From the NCBI GenBank assembly GCA_964372095.1, contig CAYJPV010000003.1:56963-120962 (forward strand): 64,000 nucleotides of DNA. The letters run 5' to 3'. The DNA is from an uncultured Vicinamibacterales bacterium. GTDB taxonomy: Bacteria > Acidobacteriota > Vicinamibacteria > Vicinamibacterales > JAKQTR01. Below, in pieces: positions 43,126-53,569 of this stretch. The notes beneath the pieces were generated by a model, which did not search any database, was not told the origin of the DNA, and saw nothing but the letters and a program-made list of their open reading frames with translations. Position numbers and translations under genes: made by a program. Numbering within the stretch: the first letter of the stretch is position 1; each line of letters opens with the position of its first letter.

Positions 43126-45411
43126 TTACCGCGGTCCGGCGGGCAGGTGCTCCAGCAGGTACCGGGCCACCAGCCGGCGGACGTGAAGCGTGGTCCCCGG
43201 CCCTTCCGATATCCCGTGGCTCCGGTTCGGGTACACCATCACGTCGAACGTCTTGCCCAGCTCCACCAGACGATTGATCAGAAGCTCGACGCCCTGGTAA
43301 TGCACGTTGTCATCGCCGGTCCCGTGGACGACCAGGAGGCGGCCCCGCAGTCCCTCCGCGAAACTGATCGGCGACCCGCGCCGGTACCCCTCGGCGTTCG
43401 CGTCGGGAAGCCCCATGTACCGCTCCTGATAAATCGTGTCGTATAGGCGCTGGTCAGGCACCGGCGCGACGGAAATCCCCACGGCGAACACATCCGGATA
43501 TCGGAACATGGCGTTCAGCGTGTTCGACCCGCCGCCGCTCCAGCCCCAGATGCCCACCCGCGAACGATCGATATAGGAACGTTGCGCGGCAAGCGCCTGC
43601 ACGGCCGCAGCCTGTTCCTTTGAGGACAACTCGCCGACTGTGCCGTACACCACCTTGCGCCAGGCCGCGCCTTTCGGCGCCGGCGTCCCGCGGTTGTCGA
43701 ACGACGCCACGATGTAGCCCTGATCGGCGATGGCGCGGTGGAACAGCGTGCCGGTTCCGCCCCAGCGGTCGTTCACCGTCGTGCTGGCCGGCTCGCCGTA
43801 CACGTGCACGAAGAGCGGGTACTTCTTCGACGGGTCGAACATCCGCGGCAGCAGCACGTAGCCGTCCACGGTCACGCCGCCTCCCACGTCCAGCCGGACA
43901 TATTCGACGGGCGGCACCACCAGCGGTGCGACGCGTGCGGCCAGGGCAGCGTTGTCGACAATCGTCCGCAGTGAGCGGTGTTCCGGCAGGCTGACGATAT
44001 CGACGCGCGGGGGCATGTCGAAACGCGACCACGTGTGGACGGCCCACCGGCCGTCGGGAGCGATGTTGTAGCTGTGGGACCCGGGCTGATCCGCCGGGGT
44101 CAGGCGCATCGGGCGGCTCGCGGCAGTCAGCGGGGATGCATACAGGTACCGTTGCGTCGCGTTCTCGGGCGACGCGATGACGTAGAGCCGATCGCCCGAG
44201 GCGTCTACCGCGGCAACCTCGAGAACGTCGGCCGGGAAGTCCGTGAGGTTGCGGGCACGTCCGTCCGCGCGAGAGACCGCGTACACGTGCCGCCATCCGT
44301 TGCGTTCGCTGACCCACGTAAACTCCTGGCCCCCGGAAATCGCCTCGACCGGCTCGGCCGTATCCACCCAGGCATCCGACTGATCGCGGAACAGGCGCCG
44401 CACCTGCCCGGTGGTTGCGTCGGCGAGCAACAGATCGTTGCGGTTCTGAAGCCGGTTCATGTGCTGCAGTACAAGGGTCTCGACGTCAGCCCACGCCATC
44501 CAGGGGATGTAATGCTGCCGCAGGTCCCCCTCGGTCCGGACCCAGGTCGTGCGGCCCGCCCCGAGGTCGGCAACCCCGACGCGCACAGCCGAATTGGTGG
44601 TCCCGGGCTTGGGGTACGCGAAGACCGTCGTCCTCGGATAGAGCGTGTCCGTGTTGTTGATCAGGGTGAACCGCTCGACGCCGGTGGTGTCAAACTGCCA
44701 GTAGGCAATGAACCGCCCGTCCGGGCTCCAGCGAAACCCGTCGCGGATCGAGAACTCCTCTTCGTTCACCCAGTCCGACGTGCCGTTGATCACCTCGCCG
44801 CCGCCATCAGTCGTGATCGCCCGGATGCCGCCGCCGGCCACGTCTTCGACGTAGAGGTTCTGTGCCCGCACATACGCGACATGGCGGCCGTCAGGCGAGA
44901 ACTTGGCGAACATCAGCGACGCCTCCGGCGCGTCCCCGCCAAGTTTCGTCAACGCGCCGCTGGAGCGGTCGAGCACCCAGTAGTCGCCGCGGGTGTTCTG
45001 TCGCCACACCCGGCGGGTGTTTGTGAACACCAGGAGTTTCGTGCGGTCCGCCGACCAGGCGTAATCGGCAATGGACAGCGCCTCTCCGCGGCCCGGGGGA
45101 ACCAGCGTGCTGGCGGGCACCAGGATCTCGCGAGTGCCGGTCGCGGTGTCGAAGGCCAGAATGTCCCGCGACGCGCCGCGGGCAATCGACGTATAACGCC
45201 GGCCCCCGTCGAGCCAGGCCATCGGGCCCATGGACTCGGCCGGGTATTCGTTACGTTCGAACATCGCGCGCAGCCGATCATCCAGTTCGGGCGGCAGCCC
45301 TACTGGCGCGGCACTGACGCCCGACGGCGCGGGTGACGCCTGCCGGGTGTGGGCAACCGGCGCTGAAACCAGGAGCGCCGCGGCGAGGAGCAGGACGAAC
45401 ACACGATGCAC
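43126..45411 (-). CDS. S9B dipeptidyl-peptidase IV-like serine peptidase, secreted
   Basis: GGAGG SD then GTG 45411, giving signal peptide (M)HRVFVLLLAAALLVSAPVAHT. DPPIV N-terminal propeller. Catalytic GIWGWSGGGS, HGTGDDNVH and SHGISEG. Confidence 0.9.
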   Translation of the reverse strand: MHRVFVLLLAAALLVSAPVAHTRQASPAPSGVSAAPVGLPPELDDRLRAMFERNEYPAESMGPMAWLDGGRRYTSIARGASRDILAFDTATGTREILVPASTLVPPGRGEALSIADYAWSADRTKLLVFTNTRRVWRQNTRGDYWVLDRSSGALTKLGGDAPEASLMFAKFSPDGRHVAYVRAQNLYVEDVAGGGIRAITTDGGGEVINGTSDWVNEEEFSIRDGFRWSPDGRFIAYWQFDTTGVERFTLINNTDTLYPRTTVFAYPKPGTTNSAVRVGVADLGAGRTTWVRTEGDLRQHYIPWMAWADVETLVLQHMNRLQNRNDLLLADATTGQVRRLFRDQSDAWVDTAEPVEAISGGQEFTWVSERNGWRHVYAVSRADGRARNLTDFPADVLEVAAVDASGDRLYVIASPENATQRYLYASPLTAASRPMRLTPADQPGSHSYNIAPDGRWAVHTWSRFDMPPRVDIVSLPEHRSLRTIVDNAALAARVAPLVVPPVEYVRLDVGGGVTVDGYVLLPRMFDPSKKYPLFVHVYGEPASTTVNDRWGGTGTLFHRAIADQGYIVASFDNRGTPAPKGAAWRKVVYGTVGELSSKEQAAAVQALAAQRSYIDRSRVGIWGWSGGGSNTLNAMFRYPDVFAVGISVAPVPDQRLYDTIYQERYMGLPDANAEGYRRGSPISFAEGLRGRLLVVHGTGDDNVHYQGVELLINRLVELGKTFDVMVYPNRSHGISEGPGTTLHVRRLVARYLLEHLPAGPR

Positions 45412-45562
45412 AAGGACCTCCAGCGAAACCGGTTTGGGCAAGTATATCCAGATCGCGTGCGGGCCACGGACCGCAGCCGGGCGGGCGTAGAATGGCCCGA
45501 ACGTCGGCGGCAGGCGGCTGGCCGTCATGAGAGCCGGGATCGACGCGCACGGGAGAACGAAC

Positions 45563-46231
45563 ATGCTTGGCATCGTGACCATCGGCCAGACGCCGCGCCC
45601 TGACATCGAACGTGCGTGCCGCCCCTACGCCGGCGGGGCGGCGATCCGCACCGTCGGCGCGCTGGACGGCCTGACGCGTGAGGAGATCCGGAGTCTCGAA
45701 AGCCGGGACGCGCCGTATCCGCTGCTGGTCCGGCTGGCTGATGAGACGACCGCCGAAGTGCCGCTTCAGGCGCTTGTGCCGCGCGTCACGGCCTGCGCGG
45801 CCGACCTCTCCGCCGGGGGCGCGCGACTCGTCGTCATCTGGTGCGCGGGTGATTTTCCCGACATCGTGTGCCCCGTGCCCGTCCTGCGGCCGGGCCGGCT
45901 GGTTCCCGCGTGTGCGGCCGAGGTGATGCAGACACGGAACATCGGTGTCGTGACGCCCGTACCAGGGCAGATGGAGGCGGCACGCGCCAAGTGGCAGACC
46001 GACGGGTTCACGGCAACCGTCACCTGGGCCGCCCCCGGACACGCCGACGACCTCGCGCGCGCAGGCAGGGAACTGGCTGCCGTGGCCATCGAACTCGTCG
46101 TCCTCGATTGTATGGGGCACGGTGAGGACTCGCGCCGTGAACTCGCTCGCGTATCCGGCCATCCCGTGATCTCGGCCCAGTCCGTCACCGCGCGGGTGGC
46201 CGGAGCGCTGATCGCGCACCGGTTTGGTTAG
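45563..46231 (+). CDS. AroM family protein
   Basis: MLGIVTIGQTPRPD start, VIWCAGDFP, VVTPVPGQ and VVLDCMGH segments match my recollection of the AroM (PF07302) family. 222 aa. Confidence 0.65.
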   Translation: MLGIVTIGQTPRPDIERACRPYAGGAAIRTVGALDGLTREEIRSLESRDAPYPLLVRLADETTAEVPLQALVPRVTACAADLSAGGARLVVIWCAGDFPDIVCPVPVLRPGRLVPACAAEVMQTRNIGVVTPVPGQMEAARAKWQTDGFTATVTWAAPGHADDLARAGRELAAVAIELVVLDCMGHGEDSRRELARVSGHPVISAQSVTARVAGALIAHRFG

Positions 46232-47751
46232 GTACGACACCTGCGTGGGGGGGGGGGGGGGGCCGCCCCCGCCCCCCCCCCCCCCGCCCCCCGCCCCCCC
46301 CCCGCGCCCCCCCCCGCCCCGACCACCGGCCGGCGGCCCCCGGACGCCACGAGGGCAGACGCCGTTCCCGGCGTGCGAGCCACGAACCGGCCGCGCCCGG
46401 GCTGGCCCATCACCTGCCCCTCGTGCCACACGACCTCACCACGGGCGATCGTCGTCACGGGCCAGCCTGTCACGGCGCGCCCCTCGAACGGCGAGTCGTC
46501 CATCGCGTCATGCAGGTCCGCCTGCGCCACGACACGCTCGAGGCCGGGGTCCCAGATCGCCAGGTCGGCGTCACTGCCCGGTGCAATCGTGCCCTTGCGC
46601 GGGTAGAGTCCGTAGATCCGTGCCGGGTTTGTCGCGGTCAGCGCCGCGAACTGCGCGAGGGTGATCCGCCCGGTCCGGACGCCGGCCGAATACACCAGCG
46701 GCATCCGCAGTTCGAGGCCAGGCATCCCGCTGGGAATCTTCGTGAACGGCGCACGGTCACCGTGCACCATCTTCCCCTGGGGATCGCGCAGGCGGTACGG
46801 CGCGTGGTCCGATGCCACGAGGTCCAGTTGACCGTCGGCCAGCGCGCGCCACAACACGTCCTGATCGTCGCGGCTTCGCACAGGCGGGCTGCAGATGAAC
46901 CGCGCTATGTCGAACCCGGGCAGGTCCATATCGGCCGCCGTCAGCACCAGATACTGCGGGCAGGTTTCGGCCCACACGCGGGCCCCGCGCGCGCGTGCGG
47001 CCGCGATGGGTGCCAGCGCCTCGCGGCACGAGACATGGACGATGAACACGTCGGCGCCGGCCAGTTCGGCCAGGGCGATGGCACGGTTCGTCGCCTCGCC
47101 TTCCGCCGCCGCCGGTCGCGACACCGGGTGGTAACGCGGCTCGGTCAGTCCCTCTGCCAGCAGGCGCTCGGTGGCCCACGCCACGGCATCGCTGTTCTCG
47201 GCGTGCACCATCACGATAGCGCCTGCCCGCCGGGCCGCGTCGAAGACGGCGAGCATCTGCCGGTCGGTGACCTTCAGCGCGTCGTAGGTCATGTAGACCT
47301 TCAGCGACGGGCAGCCGCCGGCGACGAGGCCCGGGAGTTGGTCCTCCAGCACGACGGGCGTCGGATCTGACACGATCAGATGGAACCCATAGTCGACAAA
47401 CGCCCGCGCCCGGGCGCGTTCGTGGTACGCCTCGACGACGGCGCGCAGCGATTGCCCCCGGTGCTGAGCGGCGAAGGGGATGATCGTCGTCGTGCCGCCG
47501 CAGGCCGCCGACACGCCGGCCGTGAAGAAGTCGTCGGCTGTCATCAATCCGCTCGACGACTTCTGATCGACATGACAGTGCGCGTCGACGCCACCCGGCA
47601 GCACCAGGCGTCCCGTGGCATCGATCTCGCGCGTCCCAGGCCCCAGGCGGCGGCCAAGAGCCGTAATGACCCCGCCGGCGATGCCGACGTCGGCGCATTC
47701 GGTGCCGGTCTCGGTGGCGACGGTTCCTCCGCGTACGACCAGATCGAACAT
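46228..47751 (-). CDS. dihydropyrimidinase / D-hydantoinase (cyclic amidohydrolase); 3' end unreliable
   Basis: MFDLVVRGGTVA...PGGVDAHCHVDQ (HxH metal site) with a typical TIM-barrel amidohydrolase core. The last 35 or so codons (GAGGGAGGGRGAGGGGAGAAPPPPP...) translate the homopolymer tract, so the true stop is probably lost or miscalled. Confidence 0.85.
   Translation of the reverse strand: MFDLVVRGGTVATETGTECADVGIAGGVITALGRRLGPGTREIDATGRLVLPGGVDAHCHVDQKSSSGLMTADDFFTAGVSAACGGTTTIIPFAAQHRGQSLRAVVEAYHERARARAFVDYGFHLIVSDPTPVVLEDQLPGLVAGGCPSLKVYMTYDALKVTDRQMLAVFDAARRAGAIVMVHAENSDAVAWATERLLAEGLTEPRYHPVSRPAAAEGEATNRAIALAELAGADVFIVHVSCREALAPIAAARARGARVWAETCPQYLVLTAADMDLPGFDIARFICSPPVRSRDDQDVLWRALADGQLDLVASDHAPYRLRDPQGKMVHGDRAPFTKIPSGMPGLELRMPLVYSAGVRTGRITLAQFAALTATNPARIYGLYPRKGTIAPGSDADLAIWDPGLERVVAQADLHDAMDDSPFEGRAVTGWPVTTIARGEVVWHEGQVMGQPGRGRFVARTPGTASALVASGGRRPVVGAGGGAGGGRGAGGGGAGAAPPPPPRRCRT
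46247..46320. repeat. extreme homopolymer tract: G16 followed by C-runs (2,5,14,6,10,1,9,4) separated by single G
   Basis: Read directly from the sequence. Lies in the convergent spacer between the AroM-like and hydantoinase genes. Confidence 0.95.
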
Positions 47752-47752
47752 C

Positions 47753-48682
47753 TCAGCGTCCTCCGAGGCGGCGCTCCAGCCGCCCGATCAACGCGTCAAT
47801 TTCGGCCGCGTCGGCCGGCCGCAGGCGGGGCCCCGGCGCACGCGTGGCGGCGCTGCGGATCGCGCCGCGTCGCCGCAGGATCTCTTTGCGCACAGCCAGG
47901 CCGTATCCGGGCTGCTGCTCGTAGACGACGAGCGGCAGGTAGGCATCAAACAGATCCTCGGCGCCGTCACGGTCTCCGGCGACGAACCGCTCGTACACCT
48001 GCACCAGCATGTCGGGGAACGCGAACCCCGTCATCGCGCCATCCGCGCCACGCGCCAGGAACTGCGGGAAGTAGAGGCCGCCATTCCCGGCCACGACGCT
48101 GACGCGGCGCAGCCGATCCCGTTCGCTGTCGGCGCGGATACGCGTCAGTTTGTCGAGTCCGGGGCAGTCTTCGAGCTTGAGCATCACCATTGTGGCAAAC
48201 GCCCGCACCATGCGCAGGAACACCGTGGACGACAGGAAAACATTGGTCGTCGGCGGGTAGTCCTGGTAGATGACCGGAACATCCGGGCCAAGCGCGTCGA
48301 CGACGCCCCGGAAGTAGTCGAAGATCTGGTCGTCGGTCCGGAGACCGGTCGGCGGTGCCACCAGCACCCCCGCCGCGCCCGCCCCCATGACACGCCGCGT
48401 CAGTTCGGCCATGGGCGCCAGGCCGCCGGCGCTCACCCCCACCACCACCGGCACGCGGCCGTCCACGCGCCGGATCGCGCGCACCGCGAAGGACGACGCT
48501 TCGTCCAGCGTGAGCTTCTGCGCCTCGCCCATCATGCCGAGCAGCGTCAGGCCGTGCACGCCACACTGCAGGTAGAAATCCGTCAGACGGTCGGCGCTCT
48601 CCCAGTCGATCTCCCCGTTGTCCGTGAACGGTGTCGCGGAGATCGGAAACACGCCGCGGGTGTGCTCATCGAGACGTGGCAT
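47753..48682 (-). CDS. dihydrodipicolinate synthase (DHDPS/NAL) family class I aldolase/lyase
   Basis: GVFPISATPFTDNGEIDWES...GVHGLTLLGMMGEAQKLT N-terminus typical of the DapA family. 309 aa. Only 1 nt separates it from the hydantoinase start. Confidence 0.85.
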   Translation of the reverse strand: MPRLDEHTRGVFPISATPFTDNGEIDWESADRLTDFYLQCGVHGLTLLGMMGEAQKLTLDEASSFAVRAIRRVDGRVPVVVGVSAGGLAPMAELTRRVMGAGAAGVLVAPPTGLRTDDQIFDYFRGVVDALGPDVPVIYQDYPPTTNVFLSSTVFLRMVRAFATMVMLKLEDCPGLDKLTRIRADSERDRLRRVSVVAGNGGLYFPQFLARGADGAMTGFAFPDMLVQVYERFVAGDRDGAEDLFDAYLPLVVYEQQPGYGLAVRKEILRRRGAIRSAATRAPGPRLRPADAAEIDALIGRLERRLGGR

Positions 48683-48697
48683 ACGGCAGGCCCTCCG

Positions 48698-49195
48698 TCA
48701 CTTGCCGAGCGCGCGTCGCAGCGCCGCGTTCTGGGGATGGTCAAGAAACGTCTCGAACTCGAGGAAGTACCCTTCGGGGTCGTAGGCGACGAAGCCGCGG
48801 GTGGGATGGCGGGTGGCGTTGCTCACGGGACCGCGCATCTTGACGCCCCTGGACACCAGGTACTCGTACCACTGGTCGATCTGCTCCGTCACGAACGATA
48901 CGGTGACGGCTTTGGCCTCGGCCGCCCGGTGCAGCCCCTGGGCCTCGTCCACCAAGCCGATGAACGAGGTGGGCGACACCTGGTAGATCTTGGCGAATCC
49001 CTGATCCACAGCGAGCGTGAGGCCGAGGATGTCTTCGTAGAAGCGCTGCGCGGCGGGCAGGTCCCGGTAGTACAGGAACACGATATTCGCCTGCACGCCG
49101 AGCGCGGGCGGGCGGCCCGGCAGCGCAGGCTGGCCCGAGGCCGAAGCAGTCATGACGAGTCCTCCGACGATGATGGCGAACAGCACACGGCGCAT
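48698..49195 (-). CDS. VOC (glyoxalase/bleomycin-resistance/dioxygenase) family protein with signal peptide
   Basis: Signal MRRVLFAIIVGGLVMTASASG. VOC beta-alpha-beta-beta-beta modules (FYEDILGLTL...; YDPEGYFLEF). Confidence 0.75.
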   Translation of the reverse strand: MRRVLFAIIVGGLVMTASASGQPALPGRPPALGVQANIVFLYYRDLPAAQRFYEDILGLTLAVDQGFAKIYQVSPTSFIGLVDEAQGLHRAAEAKAVTVSFVTEQIDQWYEYLVSRGVKMRGPVSNATRHPTRGFVAYDPEGYFLEFETFLDHPQNAALRRALGK

Positions 49196-49293
49196 AGTGG
49201 TCTCCTCGTGCGATCGGGGCAGAGGATATCACGACGCGCCGCCGCCGGCCCGAAGGCGGGAGCGGGATGAACGCGGTGTCTGAGAGCGACGAA

Positions 49294-49327
49294 GGCCGGG
49301 GCAGATTCAGCTGAATCCGTCCCGGCC
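49294..49327 (-). terminator. hairpin downstream of the symporter gene
   Basis: ggccggggcagattcag/ctgaatccgtcccggcc: about 14 bp including the palindrome GATTCAGCTGAATC. No T-run. Confidence 0.4.
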
Positions 49328-49349
49328 AGGTGAGATGGCTGGCTCCGGC

Positions 49350-50783
49350 CTAGACGCGCGCGCCCGTCGTCGGATGCTGCACGGAGTACTCCTTGCCCGA
49401 GCCGGAGAAGTAGTCGGCCGTAATCTTCTTCACGACGCCGAACAGCAGGAACAGGCCCACCAGGTTCGGGAATGCCATGAACCCGTTGAGCAGCGTGCCG
49501 ATGGCCCACACCAGGGGCACGGACACCACGGAGCCGACCATGATGAGCAGCGTGAAAACGACGCGGTAGACCTTCGTGTAGGCCGACCCGAAGATGTACT
49601 CGAAGCACTTCTCACCGTAGTAACACCACCCGATGAGCGTGGAGAACCCGAACAGGAACGAGCAGATGGCCACGATAATCGTGGCGAACGGAATCGTCTG
49701 GCTCATCGCCGCTGCCGTCAGGTCGCCGCTGGCCTGCTGATACGCCGGGTCCGTCCACATGCCGGAGGACAGGATGACGAACGCGGTCATCGAACACACG
49801 AAGATGGTGTCGATGAACACTTCGAACACCCCGACCACGCCCTGCTCGGCCGGGTGTTTGACGTCCGCGATGCCGTGGGCGATGGGCGCGCTGCCCAGGC
49901 CGGCTTCGTTCGACAACACGCCGCGGCTCACGCCCGCCGCGATGGACTGGGCCACGGTCGCCCCGACGAAGCCGCCGGCGGCTGCCGTGGGCGTAAACGC
50001 CTCGGTGAAGATCAGGGCGAACACGTGGGGCAGGTGGCTGGCATTCAGCACGACGTAGGCAAGGGCCGCCGTCACGTAGAGCACAATCATGGCCGGCACC
50101 ATCTTCTCGGCCACGTGGGCAATACGCTTGATGCCGCCCAAGAGCACCAGGCCGACGGCAATCGTGATGAGCACGCCGGGAATCCAGGTGCTGATGGTGG
50201 TGCCCGTCGTCACCCGCACGGCTTCCACGAACGTGCGGGCCACGGTATTCGACTGCGCCATGTTGCCGGTGCCCAGGAGGGCGGCGGCGATGCCGAAGAA
50301 GGCGAACAGCCACGCCAGTGTCTTGCCGAGGCTGCTGCCGCCCAGCCCGCGGGTGATGTAGTACATCGGCCCGCTCGCCAGTTCGCCATTCTCGCGCGTC
50401 ACGCGGTAATGCACGCCCAGTACGGCTTCGGCGTACTTCGTGGCCATGCCCACCGTGGCGCACACCCACATCCAGAACACGGCGCCGGGACCGCCGATCA
50501 GGATCGCGGTGGCGACGCCGCCGATATTGCCGTTGCCGACGGTTGACGCCAGCGCTGTCGACAGCGCCTGAAAGGGCGTGATGGTCTTGCTGCCGGCCGC
50601 GTCCTTCTTGAACGCGCCTTTCATCACCATGCGCAGGGCCAGCGGGAACCGCCGGATCTGAACGAAGCCCGTCGCGATGGTGAGCAGGGTGCCGACGATG
50701 AGCAGCACGAGCGGCATGGCGAACGGTTGCCAGACCTGGCTGTCGAGAGAGGTGATCCACTCAGTCAGTTGCGTCAAGTTCAT
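49350..50783 (-). CDS. alanine/glycine:cation symporter (AGCS) family transporter
   Basis: ITPFQALSTALASTVGNGNIGGVATAILIGGPGAVFWMW signature. About 11 TM helices. 477 aa. Confidence 0.9.
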   Translation of the reverse strand: MNLTQLTEWITSLDSQVWQPFAMPLVLLIVGTLLTIATGFVQIRRFPLALRMVMKGAFKKDAAGSKTITPFQALSTALASTVGNGNIGGVATAILIGGPGAVFWMWVCATVGMATKYAEAVLGVHYRVTRENGELASGPMYYITRGLGGSSLGKTLAWLFAFFGIAAALLGTGNMAQSNTVARTFVEAVRVTTGTTISTWIPGVLITIAVGLVLLGGIKRIAHVAEKMVPAMIVLYVTAALAYVVLNASHLPHVFALIFTEAFTPTAAAGGFVGATVAQSIAAGVSRGVLSNEAGLGSAPIAHGIADVKHPAEQGVVGVFEVFIDTIFVCSMTAFVILSSGMWTDPAYQQASGDLTAAAMSQTIPFATIIVAICSFLFGFSTLIGWCYYGEKCFEYIFGSAYTKVYRVVFTLLIMVGSVVSVPLVWAIGTLLNGFMAFPNLVGLFLLFGVVKKITADYFSGSGKEYSVQHPTTGARV

Positions 50784-50909
50784 CGGGGTTCCTCATGGCA
50801 GGAAGGCATTACGCAAGTGCGTCTCAGGATGATATGGGCAGAGGGCGTTTCACTCAAGGCGTAACGGAAGGCGGCCCCCCGGGCCGGGCATCAGGTACAA
50901 TGGGCGGTT

Positions 50910-52514
<1,605 letters not shown>

Positions 52515-52557
52515 CTTGGCCTGAGCGGAGTCGAAGGCAGCCCCGGGGTCCCCCTTC

Positions 52558-53376
52558 TTATCGCTGTTCCACCGACACCGGTCCGTTCGTGGTCACCGCG
52601 CGAATGCGCGCGCCGCCCGAGCCGATCGGCGTATCGATGGCCCGCACGCGCCCGCCGGGCAAGGTCCCCTGCATGGTCACCGGGATACCAAGGCGGAACG
52701 GCCCATTCACGGTGCGAACCTCGAGCTGGGCCGAATACCCGTCGGGCACGGCCAGCGTCAACGGACCGTTCTTGGTCTCGGCATCCAGACCTTCGCCGTC
52801 CCACGACGCCCCGGTCAGCGCGATCGTCAGCGGGCCGTTGGTCGTGCGGACACGCACGTCCCCACCCAGGTCTTTCAGGGACATCGGGCCATTGGTGGTG
52901 TTCGCCCGGACCTGGCCCGTCAGGCCGGTAATCGACACCGGGCCGTTGACGGCTTCGATCTCGAGGTCCGTCTGCCGGGGCGCCGACAATACGAACGTCA
53001 CCGACCACGAACGGCCGTCGCCCATTTTCGGACCATCGGCCTTGATCGTGCCGCCCGCTGCCTCGATGACGATGCGGCTGGCGATGTCACGAGCATCGGC
53101 GTCGGTGTCGGCCTGCGCCTGGATTCGGGCGCTCCCCTCGACCGTGGCCTGATCCCACCCGGTCACCTGCACGCCGCCGTTCGGCCGGGCATCCACGTGA
53201 AGGGGGCCCCCGCCCGTCAACGTGACCGGCCTCACCTCGCAGTGGCGAGCCTGCCCGTTCCCCTGCTCCCGGCACCGGGAAAGCCAGTCTGCGTCGCTCG
53301 TCTGGGCCATTGCAGCACCCCCCGACACGCACATTCCGACCGTCACCACCGCCGCCACTATCAGTCGCGTACGCAT
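52558..53376 (-). CDS. DUF4097 family beta-strand repeat protein (putative adhesin fold), secreted
   Basis: Signal peptide MRTRLIVAAVVTVGMCVSGGAAMA. Repeated NGP(V/L/M)S/T strands (VNGPVSI, TNGPMSL, TNGPLTI, KNGPLTL, VNGPFRL, TNGPVSV). Confidence 0.8.
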   Translation of the reverse strand: MRTRLIVAAVVTVGMCVSGGAAMAQTSDADWLSRCREQGNGQARHCEVRPVTLTGGGPLHVDARPNGGVQVTGWDQATVEGSARIQAQADTDADARDIASRIVIEAAGGTIKADGPKMGDGRSWSVTFVLSAPRQTDLEIEAVNGPVSITGLTGQVRANTTNGPMSLKDLGGDVRVRTTNGPLTIALTGASWDGEGLDAETKNGPLTLAVPDGYSAQLEVRTVNGPFRLGIPVTMQGTLPGGRVRAIDTPIGSGGARIRAVTTNGPVSVEQR

Positions 53377-53403
53377 GATATTACTCTCCTTCAGCTGGAC
53401 AGG

Positions 53404-53431
53404 GGCTAGAGGCTAGAGGCTAGAGGCTAGG
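53404..53431. repeat. heptanucleotide tandem array GGCTAGA x3 + GGCTAGG
   Basis: Read directly. On the minus (sense) strand it is CCTAGCC TCTAGCC TCTAGCC TCTAGCC, 28 nt upstream of ATG 53376. Confidence 0.9.
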
Positions 53432-53447
53432 GAAAGGCAGTGGATGT

Positions 53448-53510
53448 CCCCAAGCCCCAAGTCCCAAGCCCCAAGCCCCAAGCCCCAAGCCTCAAGCCTC
53501 AAGCCCCAAC
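53448..53510. repeat. heptanucleotide tandem array CCCCAAG x9 (variants TCCCAAG, CCTCAAG, CCCCAAC)
   Basis: Read directly. The minus (sense) strand is (CTTGGGG)n, a G-tract array. It lies 60 nt downstream of the stop of the TM-HEAT gene. Confidence 0.95.
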
Positions 53511-53569
53511 ACGACCTTGGACGAGATGGAATGGCGGCGCGTTGCCTGGGAGGTGAACGATCAACCCGG

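Noticed and set aside
45278-46664. ORFs 45278-46429 (-) and 46224-46664 (+) with poly-Gly and poly-Pro stretches
   Set aside because: These are translations of the G16/poly-C tract and of frames overlapping the hydantoinase and DPP-IV genes. They are artefacts of the homopolymer and of high GC.
53404-53510. Whether the short tandem arrays (here and at 26501, 30804, 62339) could be CRISPR arrays or coding repeats
   Set aside because: The units are 7 nt with no spacers and no cas genes are present. A period of 7 is incompatible with in-frame peptide repeats. I classify them as simple heptamer tandem repeats.
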